Below are positions 18,194 to 26,917 of a DNA stretch of 32,367 nucleotides, one piece after another. The notes under the pieces are model-generated. The model did no database searches, was not told the origin of the DNA, and saw only the letters and a list, made by a program, of their open reading frames with translations. How positions within the stretch are numbered: the stretch's first letter is position 1; every line of letters begins with the position of its first letter. Position numbers and translations under genes: made by a program. The DNA is from Coriobacteriia bacterium (GTDB lineage: Bacteria; Actinomycetota; Coriobacteriia; Coriobacteriales; UBA8131), in contig WRHL01000014.1 of NCBI GenBank assembly GCA_009783245.1, forward strand, positions 1 to 32,367. The letters run 5' to 3'.

Positions 18194-18257
18194 CAAAGGG
18201 TATGACAAAAGGGACCGTCCCCTTTGTCATGACAAAGGGGACGGTCCCTTTTGTCAT
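18189..18257. repeat. Family-A palindromic element (two overlapping 'ATGACAAAGGG...CCCTTTTGTCAT' units). It supplies the TGA stop of the upstream gene.
   Basis: 'tatgacaaagggtatgacaaaagggaccgtcccctttgtcatgacaaaggggacggtcccttttgtcata'. 18217-18258 is a perfect palindrome. Confidence 0.85.
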
Positions 18258-18311
18258 AAAAAAGCGTAGAATCTCCCTTACGCAAATATGGGTGGGATAA
18301 GGAGTACTGCG

Positions 18312-19130
18312 ATGAGATACTACGTGGTTGACGCGTTTACCGATGAGCTGTTCAAAGGCAACCAGGCGGGCGTATGCCTGCTTGATGATGTGCTTCCCGC
18401 CGAGGTTATGCAGAGCATCGCCGCGGAGAACAACCTGGCTGAGACCGCTTTTATCGTCAAGCGTGATGGCTACTATGACCTGCGCTGGTTCAGCCCTGAG
18501 GTGGAGATCGACCTCTGCGGCCATGCGACCCTGGCCAGCGCATTCATCGTCTCCAGCTTTGTTGATCCAGGCGCTGAAACCCTGCGCTTTGAAACCATGA
18601 GCGGCCCTTTGCTGGTCACCCGCAAACAGGGCCTCTTTGAGATGGATTTCCCTACGAGAAGACCAGAGCCGGTTGAGTTGACACCGCTCATGAGTCAGGC
18701 CATAGGGCTACCCGTGCTGGAGGCCCATCTGTCTCGGGACCTGCTTCTCTTGGTTGAGAGCGAGCAGCAGGTACGGGAATTGGTGCCGGATTTCGCGCTG
18801 ATGCAGCAGATCCCCAACTGCTTTGCGGTGGTGGTCACCGCGCCGGGCGATGCTGCCGCTGCGCTGGGCGATGCGGTCACCGCGCCAGGCGGGCAGGTGG
18901 ATTTTGTCTCGCGCTTCTTTGCCCCCGGCGCCGGCGTACCCGAGGATCCCGTGACTGGCTCATCACACTGTACGCTCATCCCCTTCTGGGCCGAACGCCT
19001 GCAGAAAGACCAGTTGGTAGCCCGGCAACTCTCAAAGCGAGGCGGCACGCTGTATTGCGAGAACCGCGGCGAGCGCGTCAAGATCGCCGGCAAAGCGGTG
19101 CTCTACCTGCAGGGCGAGATCCTACTCTAG
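18312..19130 (+). CDS. PhzF family phenazine-biosynthesis-like isomerase
   Basis: 'MRYYVVDAFTDELFKGNQAGVCLL', 'AETAFIV', 'LRWFSPEVEIDLCGHATLASA' and 'VTGSSHC' are PhzF/DAP-epimerase-fold signatures. RBS 'aaggag' before ATG 18312. Confidence 0.75.
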   Translation: MRYYVVDAFTDELFKGNQAGVCLLDDVLPAEVMQSIAAENNLAETAFIVKRDGYYDLRWFSPEVEIDLCGHATLASAFIVSSFVDPGAETLRFETMSGPLLVTRKQGLFEMDFPTRRPEPVELTPLMSQAIGLPVLEAHLSRDLLLLVESEQQVRELVPDFALMQQIPNCFAVVVTAPGDAAAALGDAVTAPGGQVDFVSRFFAPGAGVPEDPVTGSSHCTLIPFWAERLQKDQLVARQLSKRGGTLYCENRGERVKIAGKAVLYLQGEILL

Positions 19131-19498
19131 GGAAGCACGCTTCCTGATGGTGTTGCGCTGCGAGATTGACAGTGTTACGTTGTGGGAAAGGCAGCGCCCT
19201 ACCGCGAGCCTGGCAAGATTCCGTTAGGAGACATGAGCTTGGTGGTGCCTTCTTAGGAGATCCATAACCTCCTGCCATCGGTAATGCCTCTGCGTATGCC
19301 TGCTCAGTGGTGCCCGCTAGCCGGGCGACCAGTTCCGCATCCCCTTTTCCCTGACAGAAGCAAAGCGCGCGACTCAGCTGCATTGAGGGGTGAACACTGG
19401 TTAAAGGACAGGCAGGTCACATATAATCAGTATTTATCGTTTGGATTGGAATTTCACGATTATCCAAAACGGCGCAATGCATTGAGGGAGCAAGGTTT

Positions 19499-20689
19499 AT
19501 GTTGGTTGAGAAAAGCAAGCTGGACCCTGCCGACCTTATCGGCAGGACGGTAATCATTACCGGCGGTGGCGGGGGAATCGCAACGGAGGCGGGTAGAGCG
19601 CTTGCCTATTTGGGTGCAAACGTGGTTTTGGCGGAATTGGATGAACAGAGGGGTCTGGCAGCCCAGCAAGATATCGGAACTGGCTGGAGGGGCAGGATTG
19701 TCTATCATCCGCTTGACCTTGTCGATTCACAGAGCATTGCCCGGCTCTCCGATTTTGTCATACGTGAATTCGGCCACGCTGACGCCATTATCCATAACGC
19801 CACGATCACTCCTCTAGGCAGCGTTGAGGACTTGCCGGTGAGCTCCTGGGACACCAGTTATCTGGTCCATCTGAAGGGGCCCCTGGAGTTGACGCGGCGG
19901 TTTTTGCCCGGCATGAGAGAGCGCGATTACGGCACCATTGTGTTCAATCCTTCCTCCGGGGCGATTCCGTTCATGGGAGCGTATGAGGTGTTCAAGGGCG
20001 CCCAGGTGATACTGGCGAACACCCTTGCCGCGGAACTGGAGAACACCAAAGTCCATGTTTTCTCCATTGGGCCGGGGCTGGTAAAGACCAAAACCGCGAC
20101 TGAGGCGATAGCACAGATTGCCCCTTGGATGGGAATGTCCCTCGATGAGTTCTATGCCGTGAACGCTGACAGTATAGTCAGCGCAGAAGAGGCCGGAACG
20201 TCGTTTGCTGTCTCGCTGTTGCTTGCTGAAAAATACCATGGAAACGAGATTGGCGGCATTCAGGCACTCATGGATGCGGGGATCATCGAAAAGGACGGCG
20301 ACTCTGAGCAGACTCAAGCCTGCGACTCCTATTCACCTCAAAACGAGGAGATCCTGGCCCGCATTGGTAAGACCTACGACGAACAATATGAGGGGTGGAG
20401 AAACGAGAGTCTGTTCAAGCGGGATTGGATCCTGCGCGACTTCAAGAAGCAGGTTGGTCGCCCTGCCGATGAGGTGCAACAAATACTGCGTGCATATATT
20501 TTGTCCTACAGGGACGCTGGAGTTGATGAACAGCGCAAGCTGAGGGGATTGCTGGCATCTCTACGCGCCTACTATTCCCACCAGATCGAAATGACCCATG
20601 GCTATGTCAAGGACGCCAAAACCAGAGCCGAGTGGATCGCGATCATCGAAACCTGGATCGCCGACATCGATTGCCTGGTGAAATCATAA
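19499..20689 (+). CDS. Short-chain dehydrogenase/reductase (SDR) domain protein with a ~140-aa C-terminal extension
   Basis: 396 aa. Rossmann 'VIITGGGGGIATEAGRALA', then 'NATI' and a later 'Y...K' catalytic-like segment. The C-terminal 250-396 region has no obvious family. RBS 'gagggag'. Confidence 0.6.
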   Translation: MLVEKSKLDPADLIGRTVIITGGGGGIATEAGRALAYLGANVVLAELDEQRGLAAQQDIGTGWRGRIVYHPLDLVDSQSIARLSDFVIREFGHADAIIHNATITPLGSVEDLPVSSWDTSYLVHLKGPLELTRRFLPGMRERDYGTIVFNPSSGAIPFMGAYEVFKGAQVILANTLAAELENTKVHVFSIGPGLVKTKTATEAIAQIAPWMGMSLDEFYAVNADSIVSAEEAGTSFAVSLLLAEKYHGNEIGGIQALMDAGIIEKDGDSEQTQACDSYSPQNEEILARIGKTYDEQYEGWRNESLFKRDWILRDFKKQVGRPADEVQQILRAYILSYRDAGVDEQRKLRGLLASLRAYYSHQIEMTHGYVKDAKTRAEWIAIIETWIADIDCLVKS

Positions 20690-20730
20690 CTGCAGGCAGG
20701 CTGGCAGCCGCTTACACGCTTACATGAACC

Positions 20731-21078
20731 CTAATACAGGGCCTCACCGGTCAGCTTCTCTAGCCAGAGTTCCTTAAGCGCCTTGATGTCGGCGGCAAAC
20801 TCCGCGTCTGTCTGGGTCTCGCCCTTTTCCAGTTCCTCCAAGATCTCAAAGGCAAAACCGACGCCGCCCTGCTCCTCCCAGTCTTTCTGCATCTTCAGAT
20901 AGACGCATGTCCCTGTCTCCTGCGCAAAGGCAAACCTGTTCATGCTGCCAGAGAGGTTGGTTGAGGCATCCAACAGCGCCTTGGCGGCAACCGTGTTCCT
21001 GATAAGGAAAACGCCGCCAAGCTTCTTCCTGTCCCGGTATTGCTGCGCCATTTCCCTGCGCGACTCGCTGCCTGCCAT
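20731..21078 (-). CDS. Hypothetical protein (115 aa), last gene of the amidohydrolase-mnmA operon
   Basis: RBS 'gggggag' 19 bp after the mnmA stop. No recognisable motif. Confidence 0.4.
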   Translation of the reverse strand: MAGSESRREMAQQYRDRKKLGGVFLIRNTVAAKALLDASTNLSGSMNRFAFAQETGTCVYLKMQKDWEEQGGVGFAFEILEELEKGETQTDAEFAADIKALKELWLEKLTGEALY

Positions 21079-21096
21079 ACGCTTACTCCCCCATTG

Positions 21097-22164
21097 TCAG
21101 TGTGCGCCTGTAATGGTGCCGCCGCCCAGTACCAGGTCGCCGTCATACAGGATCAGGGCCTGGCCCTTGGTGATGGCTTTCTGGGGCTCGTCGAAGACCA
21201 CTTCCAGGCGGTCCTCCTCCAGCTGAGTCACGGTGACCGGCTGTTCAGGCGAGCGGTAGCGGTGCTTGGCGGTTGCCCTGATGGCCCCTTCAAAGGATCC
21301 GCTGACGATAAGGTTGATGTCCTCCACGGTTGCGACCTTCCCATACAGGTCGGCTTCTGTGCCCACCACAACGGTTGCCGTCTGGGGGTCGATCTCCTTC
21401 ACATACAGCGGCTGGGCGGCGGCTATGCCTATCCCTTTGCGCTGGCCGATGGTGAAGCCGATGATGCCCTGGTGGGTTCCCAGCCGCCGCCCCTGGGTGT
21501 CGACTATGTCCCCGGGCGGGTACTCGCGGCCAGTGGTTCGGCGGATGAAAGCCCCGTAGTCATGGTTGGGAATGAAGCAGATGTCCTGGCTCTCACCCTT
21601 GTCAGCGGTGGGAAGGCCCTGGGCGCTGGCAAGCTCGCGCACCTGCTCCTTGGTGAGCCCACCCAGCGGGAAGAGCGTGTGTGCCAGCTGCTCCTGCGTG
21701 AGTGTGTAGAGCACGTAGCTCTGGTCCTTGCTGCGGTCCAGGGCGCGTTTCAGCAGGTGGTGGCCGGTGTCCTTATCGTAATCTATACGTGCGTAGTGGC
21801 CGGTGGCCACGTAGTTGAAGCCGGTTTCCTGTGCATGGGCCAACAGGCAGGCGAACTTGAGATGGCGGTTGCAGGCGATGCAAGGGTTGGGGGTCCAGCC
21901 CCGCTCGTAGGCCGCGATGAAAGGGGCTATGACCTGCTGCGTGAAAGTGGCGGTGAGGTCCAGCACCTCATGGGGGATCTGCAAATGGTCGCAGATGGCG
22001 CGGGCATCGGTGATGGCAGATGCGGAGGCGTTATCATCGCCATCATACAGGCGCATGGTGGCGCCGGTGCAGGTATGTCCCGCCTGCACGGTGAGGTATG
22101 CGGCCACCGATGAGTCGACGCCGCCGGAAAGCGCGATGAGAACGCTACTACTCATCAAGCTCAC
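21097..22164 (-). CDS. mnmA: tRNA-specific 2-thiouridylase
   Basis: 355 aa. PP-loop 'IALSGGVDSSVAAYL'. C-terminal 'GGGTI' typical of MnmA. 4-bp overlap with the upstream gene. Confidence 0.8.
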   Translation of the reverse strand: MSLMSSSVLIALSGGVDSSVAAYLTVQAGHTCTGATMRLYDGDDNASASAITDARAICDHLQIPHEVLDLTATFTQQVIAPFIAAYERGWTPNPCIACNRHLKFACLLAHAQETGFNYVATGHYARIDYDKDTGHHLLKRALDRSKDQSYVLYTLTQEQLAHTLFPLGGLTKEQVRELASAQGLPTADKGESQDICFIPNHDYGAFIRRTTGREYPPGDIVDTQGRRLGTHQGIIGFTIGQRKGIGIAAAQPLYVKEIDPQTATVVVGTEADLYGKVATVEDINLIVSGSFEGAIRATAKHRYRSPEQPVTVTQLEEDRLEVVFDEPQKAITKGQALILYDGDLVLGGGTITGAH

Positions 22165-23471
22165 AGGCTCGCGGCGATCTGGGCGCTGAAGCGCTTGGTG
22201 TCATGGCAGGCCCGCTGGATGTCGATGCTCAGCCAGGCGCCGTCGCGGTAGAGCACGGCCCCGTCCACCATGGTGAGCGCCACGTCGGTGCCCTGGGCGG
22301 AGTACACCAGGTTGTTGACCAGGCTGTGGATGGGCTGCATCCAGGGTGCGCAGATGTCCAGCGCCACCAGGTCGGCGCGTTTGCCCACCTCTATGGCGCC
22401 GCAGTCCAGGCGGCCCTGCGAGCGCGCGCCGTTGACGGTTGCCACGGCCAGCGCCTGCCCAGGGCTCACCACGGTGGGGTCACCACTGGCGCCCTTGCTG
22501 AGCAGGGCAAACAGGTACAGGTCCTTCAATATGTTGTGCGAGTTGTTGCTCGCAACCCCGTCAGTGCCTATGCACACGTTCACGCCAGCCCCCAGCATGT
22601 CACCCACCGGAGCAAAACCGCTGGCCAGCTTCATGTTGCTCGCCGGGTTGCTGGAGACGCTCACGCCGCGAGCCGCGAAGATCTCCCAGTCCGCCGGCTC
22701 TGTCCACACGCAGTGCGCCGCTGTGCAGGGCACGCCAAAGAAGCCCAGCGAGTCGAAGTACTGCGTGGGCGTCAACCCGCCACGACGCTGCTTGCACTCC
22801 TCGTGCTCCTTGTGGGTCTCGCTGATGTGCACGTGGGTCTGTACGCCCAGCTCAGCGGCGTGCTCGCCCACCGCGCGAACCACCTGTGGGTTGGAGATGT
22901 ACTCGGAATGTATGTTCAGGTCGATCTTCAGCCGGCCATCCAGGCTGTTGTGGTGCGCCCTCACCAGCTCCTCGTTGCGCTTGCGGTTGGGGGTCTGGTC
23001 ATAGGTGGTCTCATTGTCAAAGACCATGATGCCGTCGCACAGGTTGGCCTTGATGCCGCTTTCCGTCACCGCCCGGATGCGCGCGTCGCTGAAGAAATAC
23101 ATGTCGGTCACGCCCACCACGCCAAAGCGCAGCATCTCGGCAATGGCCAAAAGGGTTGCCGGGTAGGCCTTCTCGTCATCTATCTTGGCCTCAAAGGGGA
23201 ATATCTTGTTGAACAGCCAGTCCTGCAGCGCGAGGCCCTCGGCATAACCGCGCAGTAAGGTCATGGGTATGTGCGCGTGGGTGTTGTACATGCCGGGCAT
23301 GAGCAGCCTGCCTCGCCCCTCATAGCGCTCGCCAAAATCCTCTGACGAGAAGCCCGGATCCTGCACGGGATCCACCTCGCCCACATAGGTGATGTGTGCC
23401 CCTTGGGTACCCACAAAACCGCGCTTGACCTCAAAGTCGCTGGTCAGATAGTCGATGTTCGCAAAAAGCAT
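22161..23471 (-). CDS. Amidohydrolase, 5-methylthioadenosine/S-adenosylhomocysteine deaminase (MtaD/TRZ-ATZ) family
   Basis: 436 aa. 'LLMPGMYNTHAHIPMTLLRGYAEGLALQDWL' is the metal-binding HxH region. 'HVHISET' and 'CIGTDGVASNN' are typical of this subfamily. Confidence 0.65.
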   Translation of the reverse strand: MLFANIDYLTSDFEVKRGFVGTQGAHITYVGEVDPVQDPGFSSEDFGERYEGRGRLLMPGMYNTHAHIPMTLLRGYAEGLALQDWLFNKIFPFEAKIDDEKAYPATLLAIAEMLRFGVVGVTDMYFFSDARIRAVTESGIKANLCDGIMVFDNETTYDQTPNRKRNEELVRAHHNSLDGRLKIDLNIHSEYISNPQVVRAVGEHAAELGVQTHVHISETHKEHEECKQRRGGLTPTQYFDSLGFFGVPCTAAHCVWTEPADWEIFAARGVSVSSNPASNMKLASGFAPVGDMLGAGVNVCIGTDGVASNNSHNILKDLYLFALLSKGASGDPTVVSPGQALAVATVNGARSQGRLDCGAIEVGKRADLVALDICAPWMQPIHSLVNNLVYSAQGTDVALTMVDGAVLYRDGAWLSIDIQRACHDTKRFSAQIAASL

Positions 23472-23489
23472 GGCTGCTCCCTGTTAATA

Positions 23490-23518
23490 CCCGGCTCCTG
23501 CTTTGTGCCGGCTTTTTT
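23490..23518 (+). terminator. Candidate rho-independent terminator oriented on the + strand, between two minus-strand genes
   Basis: 'ccggc tcctgctttgt gccgg c tttttt': 5-bp GC stem, 11-nt loop, T6 tract. Confidence 0.25.
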
Positions 23519-23528
23519 ACGCTGTGCC

Positions 23529-24359
23529 CTAGTACGCCTTGAAGGCGCTCTTCGCGGTGAGGCAGACAGGGCAGGCTGTGAACGCCTCTCCTTTGTGGAT
23601 GTAGCCGCAGACAGGACAGAGGTAGTACTTGTCGTCATCTGGGGTATCAATGGTGTTGTAAGCGTTGAGGTAGCGCTCGGCATGATAGGCCTCAGCCAGT
23701 TTTGCTCGCGTGAAGATCTGTACCGCCTCGCTCTCGCCCTCATCCTGGGCCTTCTTGATGAAGGAGGGATACATATCCGAGGTCTCATACATCTCACCGC
23801 TTGCCCCCATGATCAGGTTGATGTCGGTTTCATGCGCAGTGGCCGCGGGGGCTGTTGGACGCGTAGTGCTGGAGTCCATCTTGGAGGCCAGGGCGAACTC
23901 GAGCTCGATGTGGATCTTCTCGGCATCAGAGGTGCAGGTGAACAGCCGGGCGAGCTGAGGAAAACCCTCCTTCTTTGCCGCTTCTGCAAAGGCAGCGTAT
24001 TTTGCCGATGCCCCCGTCTCGCCTGCAATAGCCGAGCAGAGGTTGTCATACGTGCTGCCAACAGCGGTTGTGCTGCCGGACATGATGTTGAAATTGCTTG
24101 CGCTATCAGCAGAGGGGACCGACGTTGGTGAGAGGACCCCACTCGTTGACCCCTCCGTAGAGCCACCGCTCGCACCAGCGTTACCAGATTTGGTATCACC
24201 TGCGCAAGCAGCCAAGATCCCCGCCATAGAGACTGTGGTGGCTCCCACAGCTGCCTTCTTCACAAAGTCCCGCCTGGTGACCTGTGCCAAAGGATGCTCC
24301 TTGGTGTTGTGTGAGCTCCCAGTTACGCCTGGGCTCTGCATTTCTCCTGATTCAAACAT
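23529..24359 (-). CDS. Rubrerythrin with a Tat signal peptide, a lipobox and a C-terminal rubredoxin-like domain
   Basis: Start placed at 'MFESGEM' with RBS 'gggaagggaaag'. Twin-arginine motif 'TRRDFVKKAAVGA', lipobox 'ILAAC'. S/G/T-rich linker. Rubrerythrin di-iron region 'ASAKYAAFAEAAKKEGFPQLARLF...EKIHIELEF'. C-terminal 'CPVCGY...CPVC'. Confidence 0.65.
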   Translation of the reverse strand: MFESGEMQSPGVTGSSHNTKEHPLAQVTRRDFVKKAAVGATTVSMAGILAACAGDTKSGNAGASGGSTEGSTSGVLSPTSVPSADSASNFNIMSGSTTAVGSTYDNLCSAIAGETGASAKYAAFAEAAKKEGFPQLARLFTCTSDAEKIHIELEFALASKMDSSTTRPTAPAATAHETDINLIMGASGEMYETSDMYPSFIKKAQDEGESEAVQIFTRAKLAEAYHAERYLNAYNTIDTPDDDKYYLCPVCGYIHKGEAFTACPVCLTAKSAFKAY

Positions 24360-24447
24360 AGTGCTTTCCCTTCCCCATCGGTATTTTACGTGCCTTTCCA
24401 AACAGCACGAGTATAGCGGATTGGCAGGGGAGTAGCATCTTCCTCAG

Positions 24448-24522
24448 GATAGAGGACGGTTCACAGGACAGAATGGGGACGGCAGAATGGGGACGGCATT
24501 ATCCTGCGAACCGTCCTCTGTC
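24448..24522. repeat. Family-A-related element with tandem 'CAGAATGGGGACGG' x2 flanked by inverted arms 'AGGACGGTTC/GAACCGTCCT'
   Basis: 'ggatagaggacggttcacaggacagaatggggacggcagaatggggacggcattatcctgcgaaccgtcctctgtccc', located between the rbr start and the tyrS stop. Confidence 0.65.
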
Positions 24523-24527
24523 CCAGC

Positions 24528-25742
24528 TTACAACTTGATGCGGGCGAATTTACGCTTGCCCACCTGGATGACTGCGCCGGCAAGGCAGGTAACAGCCACG
24601 TTATACTCGCCGACGGCAAGAGGCTCGCCGGCAATCTTGACGCCGCCACCGTCGATGAGGCGGCGGGCCTCCCCGCTGCTGGTAGCAAAGCCCAGCTCAG
24701 CCAGGACGCCAGGCACGTAGACCAACCCCTCCTCGTTGGGAGCCAGCGCCACAGAGACCTCCTCGATCTCATCGGGCAGCTCCTTGTCCCTGTGCAGGCG
24801 GTTGAAGGCGGCCTCGGCCTCAAGGGCGGCCTGCTCGCCATGATAGGCGGTCACTATGTTGGCCGCCAGCTGGCGTTTGACCTCATTGGGGTGCAGGCTT
24901 CCGTCCTCCAGGCCGGCGGCGATCCGGTCGACCTGTTCCACCGGCAGCGTGGATGCCAGGTAGAAGTACCGTGGCATCAGCTCATCGGGGATGGACATGA
25001 CCTTGCCGAACATGTCGTCCGGTTCATCCGTGATGCCAATGTAGTTGCCGTAACTCTTCGACATCTTCTGTACGCCGTCCGTTCCCTCCAACAGCGGCAG
25101 GGTCAGGCAGACCTGCGGCTCCATGCCCATCTTCTCCATGAGCTCGCGCCCTGCAAGCAGGTTGAAGAGTTGGTCGGTGCCGCCCAGCTCGATGTCTGCC
25201 TGCACCATGACCGAGTCATAGGCCTGCATCACAGGGTAGAGTATCTCATGCAGCGAGATGGGCTGCTGCGCCTTGTAGCGGTTGGAGAAGTCGTCGCGCT
25301 CAAGCGTGCGCGCCACGGTGAAATGCGAAGTCAGCTTGAGTATCTGCGCCAGATCAAGCGGCGTCAGCCAGTCACCGTTCCAAACCAGCTCGGTCTTGTC
25401 CTTATCGAGGATCCTATAAGCCTGGTCAACATAGGTCTGGGCGTTGGTGGCGATCTCTTCTGCCGTCAACGGCGGCCGTGTGGAATTGCGCCCCGAGGGG
25501 TCGCCCACAAGGGCGGTGCCGTTGCCGATTATCAAAACCACCTGGTGCCCCAGATCCTGCATCTGGCGCAGCTTGCGCAGGGGCACCGCGTGACCCAGGT
25601 GCAAATCAGGGGCGGTGGGGTCAACACCCAGCTTCACCCGCAGGGGCGCCCCGCGGTCGAGCTTTTGCACCAGCGCGGCTTCAGGAACAAGGGACGCGCC
25701 ACCGCTACGGATGATATGCAGTTGATCTTGGGTTGGAAGCAC
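24528..25742 (-). CDS. tyrS: Tyrosine--tRNA ligase
   Basis: HIGH motif 'DLHLGH', 'KMSKS' present, C-terminal S4-like domain. Start assigned to GTG 25742 preceded by RBS 'aggcgaggagaaacc' (the first residue of the tracked ORF 'VLPTQDQLHII...'). A 'tataat' -10 box lies upstream on the minus strand. Confidence 0.8.
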   Translation of the reverse strand: MLPTQDQLHIIRSGGASLVPEAALVQKLDRGAPLRVKLGVDPTAPDLHLGHAVPLRKLRQMQDLGHQVVLIIGNGTALVGDPSGRNSTRPPLTAEEIATNAQTYVDQAYRILDKDKTELVWNGDWLTPLDLAQILKLTSHFTVARTLERDDFSNRYKAQQPISLHEILYPVMQAYDSVMVQADIELGGTDQLFNLLAGRELMEKMGMEPQVCLTLPLLEGTDGVQKMSKSYGNYIGITDEPDDMFGKVMSIPDELMPRYFYLASTLPVEQVDRIAAGLEDGSLHPNEVKRQLAANIVTAYHGEQAALEAEAAFNRLHRDKELPDEIEEVSVALAPNEEGLVYVPGVLAELGFATSSGEARRLIDGGGVKIAGEPLAVGEYNVAVTCLAGAVIQVGKRKFARIKL

Positions 25743-25852
25743 GGTTTCTCCTCGCCTTTGCTGTGGTGACTTGAGGTGACGATAAAAGCAAGTAGCCATT
25801 ATACTATGACTGGGGAAGTACCCGAGCATTACTCCTCTGAAGGGAGATTCAC

Positions 25853-26848
25853 ATGAACGTGTTGGTTGTTGGCGGAGCGGGCTACATTGGCAGCCATACC
25901 ACCTACGAGCTGATCCGCGCCGGGCATGAGGTGGTGGTCCTTGACAACCTCTCAACCGGCAGCCACAAGAGCATCCACCCCCAGGCGCACTTTGAGTGGG
26001 GCGACATCCGCCGCAAGGGCGACATCACGCGCGTGCTGAAGGCTCAGGCCCAGGCCGGCAAGCCCATCGACGTAGCCATGCATTTTGCCGCCAAGCTCAT
26101 CGTGCCGGAAAGCGTCACCCAACCCCTGGCATATTATGAGAACAACGTGGAGGGCCTGCGCTGCATGTTGGAGGCGCTGATAGAATGCGGCGTGCAGAAC
26201 ATCGTCTTCTCCTCCACAGCAGCGGTCTACGGTGAACCCAAGGCCCCAGAGTGCCGCGAGGGCGACCCCACTGAGCCCATCAACCCCTACGGTGAGACCA
26301 AACTCGCCTGCGAGAAGATGATCAAATGGGCTGCGGCCGCACACGGCCTCAACTACTGCATACTGCGGTACTTCAACGTGGCTGGCGCCGATGCCAGCCT
26401 ACAGATAGGCCTGGACAAGGACCAGCTCACCCACCTGGTGCCCCTCATCATGCAGGCCGCGCTGGGATTGCGTGACAAGCTCTCCATCTTTGGCGCTGAC
26501 TACCCCACCCCGGATGGCACCTGCATCCGCGACTACATCCATGTCACCGACCTGGCCCAAGCCCACGTGTTGGGCGCCGCCTATATCCTCAACAACAACA
26601 CCAATGTGCTGGCGAATCTGGGCTCGGGCACCGGTTTCAGTGTCAAGCAGGTGGTGGACGCGGCCCTGGAGCTCTTCGACGTGCCCTTTGAGTACGCGCC
26701 GCGCCGCCCGGGCGACCCGGCCAAGCTCATCGCGAACATCGACCATGCAAAAACCGTGCTGGGCTGGGAGCCACAGCACGGTCTACAAAGCATTCTGAAA
26801 AGCGATTACGACTTCCGCCAGAAACTCAACAAAAGCAGCGAGGTCTAA
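25853..26848 (+). CDS. galE: UDP-glucose 4-epimerase
   Basis: 331 aa. 'VLVVGGAGYIGSH', 'YxxxK' in 'YGETKLACE'. Typical GalE length and C-terminal region. RBS 'aagggag'. Confidence 0.8.
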   Translation: MNVLVVGGAGYIGSHTTYELIRAGHEVVVLDNLSTGSHKSIHPQAHFEWGDIRRKGDITRVLKAQAQAGKPIDVAMHFAAKLIVPESVTQPLAYYENNVEGLRCMLEALIECGVQNIVFSSTAAVYGEPKAPECREGDPTEPINPYGETKLACEKMIKWAAAAHGLNYCILRYFNVAGADASLQIGLDKDQLTHLVPLIMQAALGLRDKLSIFGADYPTPDGTCIRDYIHVTDLAQAHVLGAAYILNNNTNVLANLGSGTGFSVKQVVDAALELFDVPFEYAPRRPGDPAKLIANIDHAKTVLGWEPQHGLQSILKSDYDFRQKLNKSSEV

Positions 26849-26917
26849 GACCCAAGCTTTGATCCAAGCTAAGGCCCAAGCTCAGGTCAAAGCCTGTGAG
26901 CAGCGCCACAGCAAGGC

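Noticed and set aside
18099-18524. Minus-strand ORF containing 'MTKGTVPFVMTKGTVPFV'
   Set aside because: It is a translation of the palindromic family-A repeat and the antisense of the PhzF gene. It is an artefact.
21040-23258. Plus-strand ORFs of 357 and 351 aa antisense to mnmA and the amidohydrolase
   Set aside because: They are Gly/Ala/Val/His-rich shadow translations. The minus-strand genes have clear PP-loop and metal-binding motifs.
24792-25769. 325-aa + strand ORF antisense to tyrS
   Set aside because: Shadow ORF. tyrS carries HIGH and KMSKS motifs on the minus strand.
25743-25852. T-box riboswitch upstream of tyrS
   Set aside because: The leader between the -10 box and the GTG start is only about 55 nt. 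That is far too short for a T-box (about 250 nt) and no specifier or antiterminator structure is seen.
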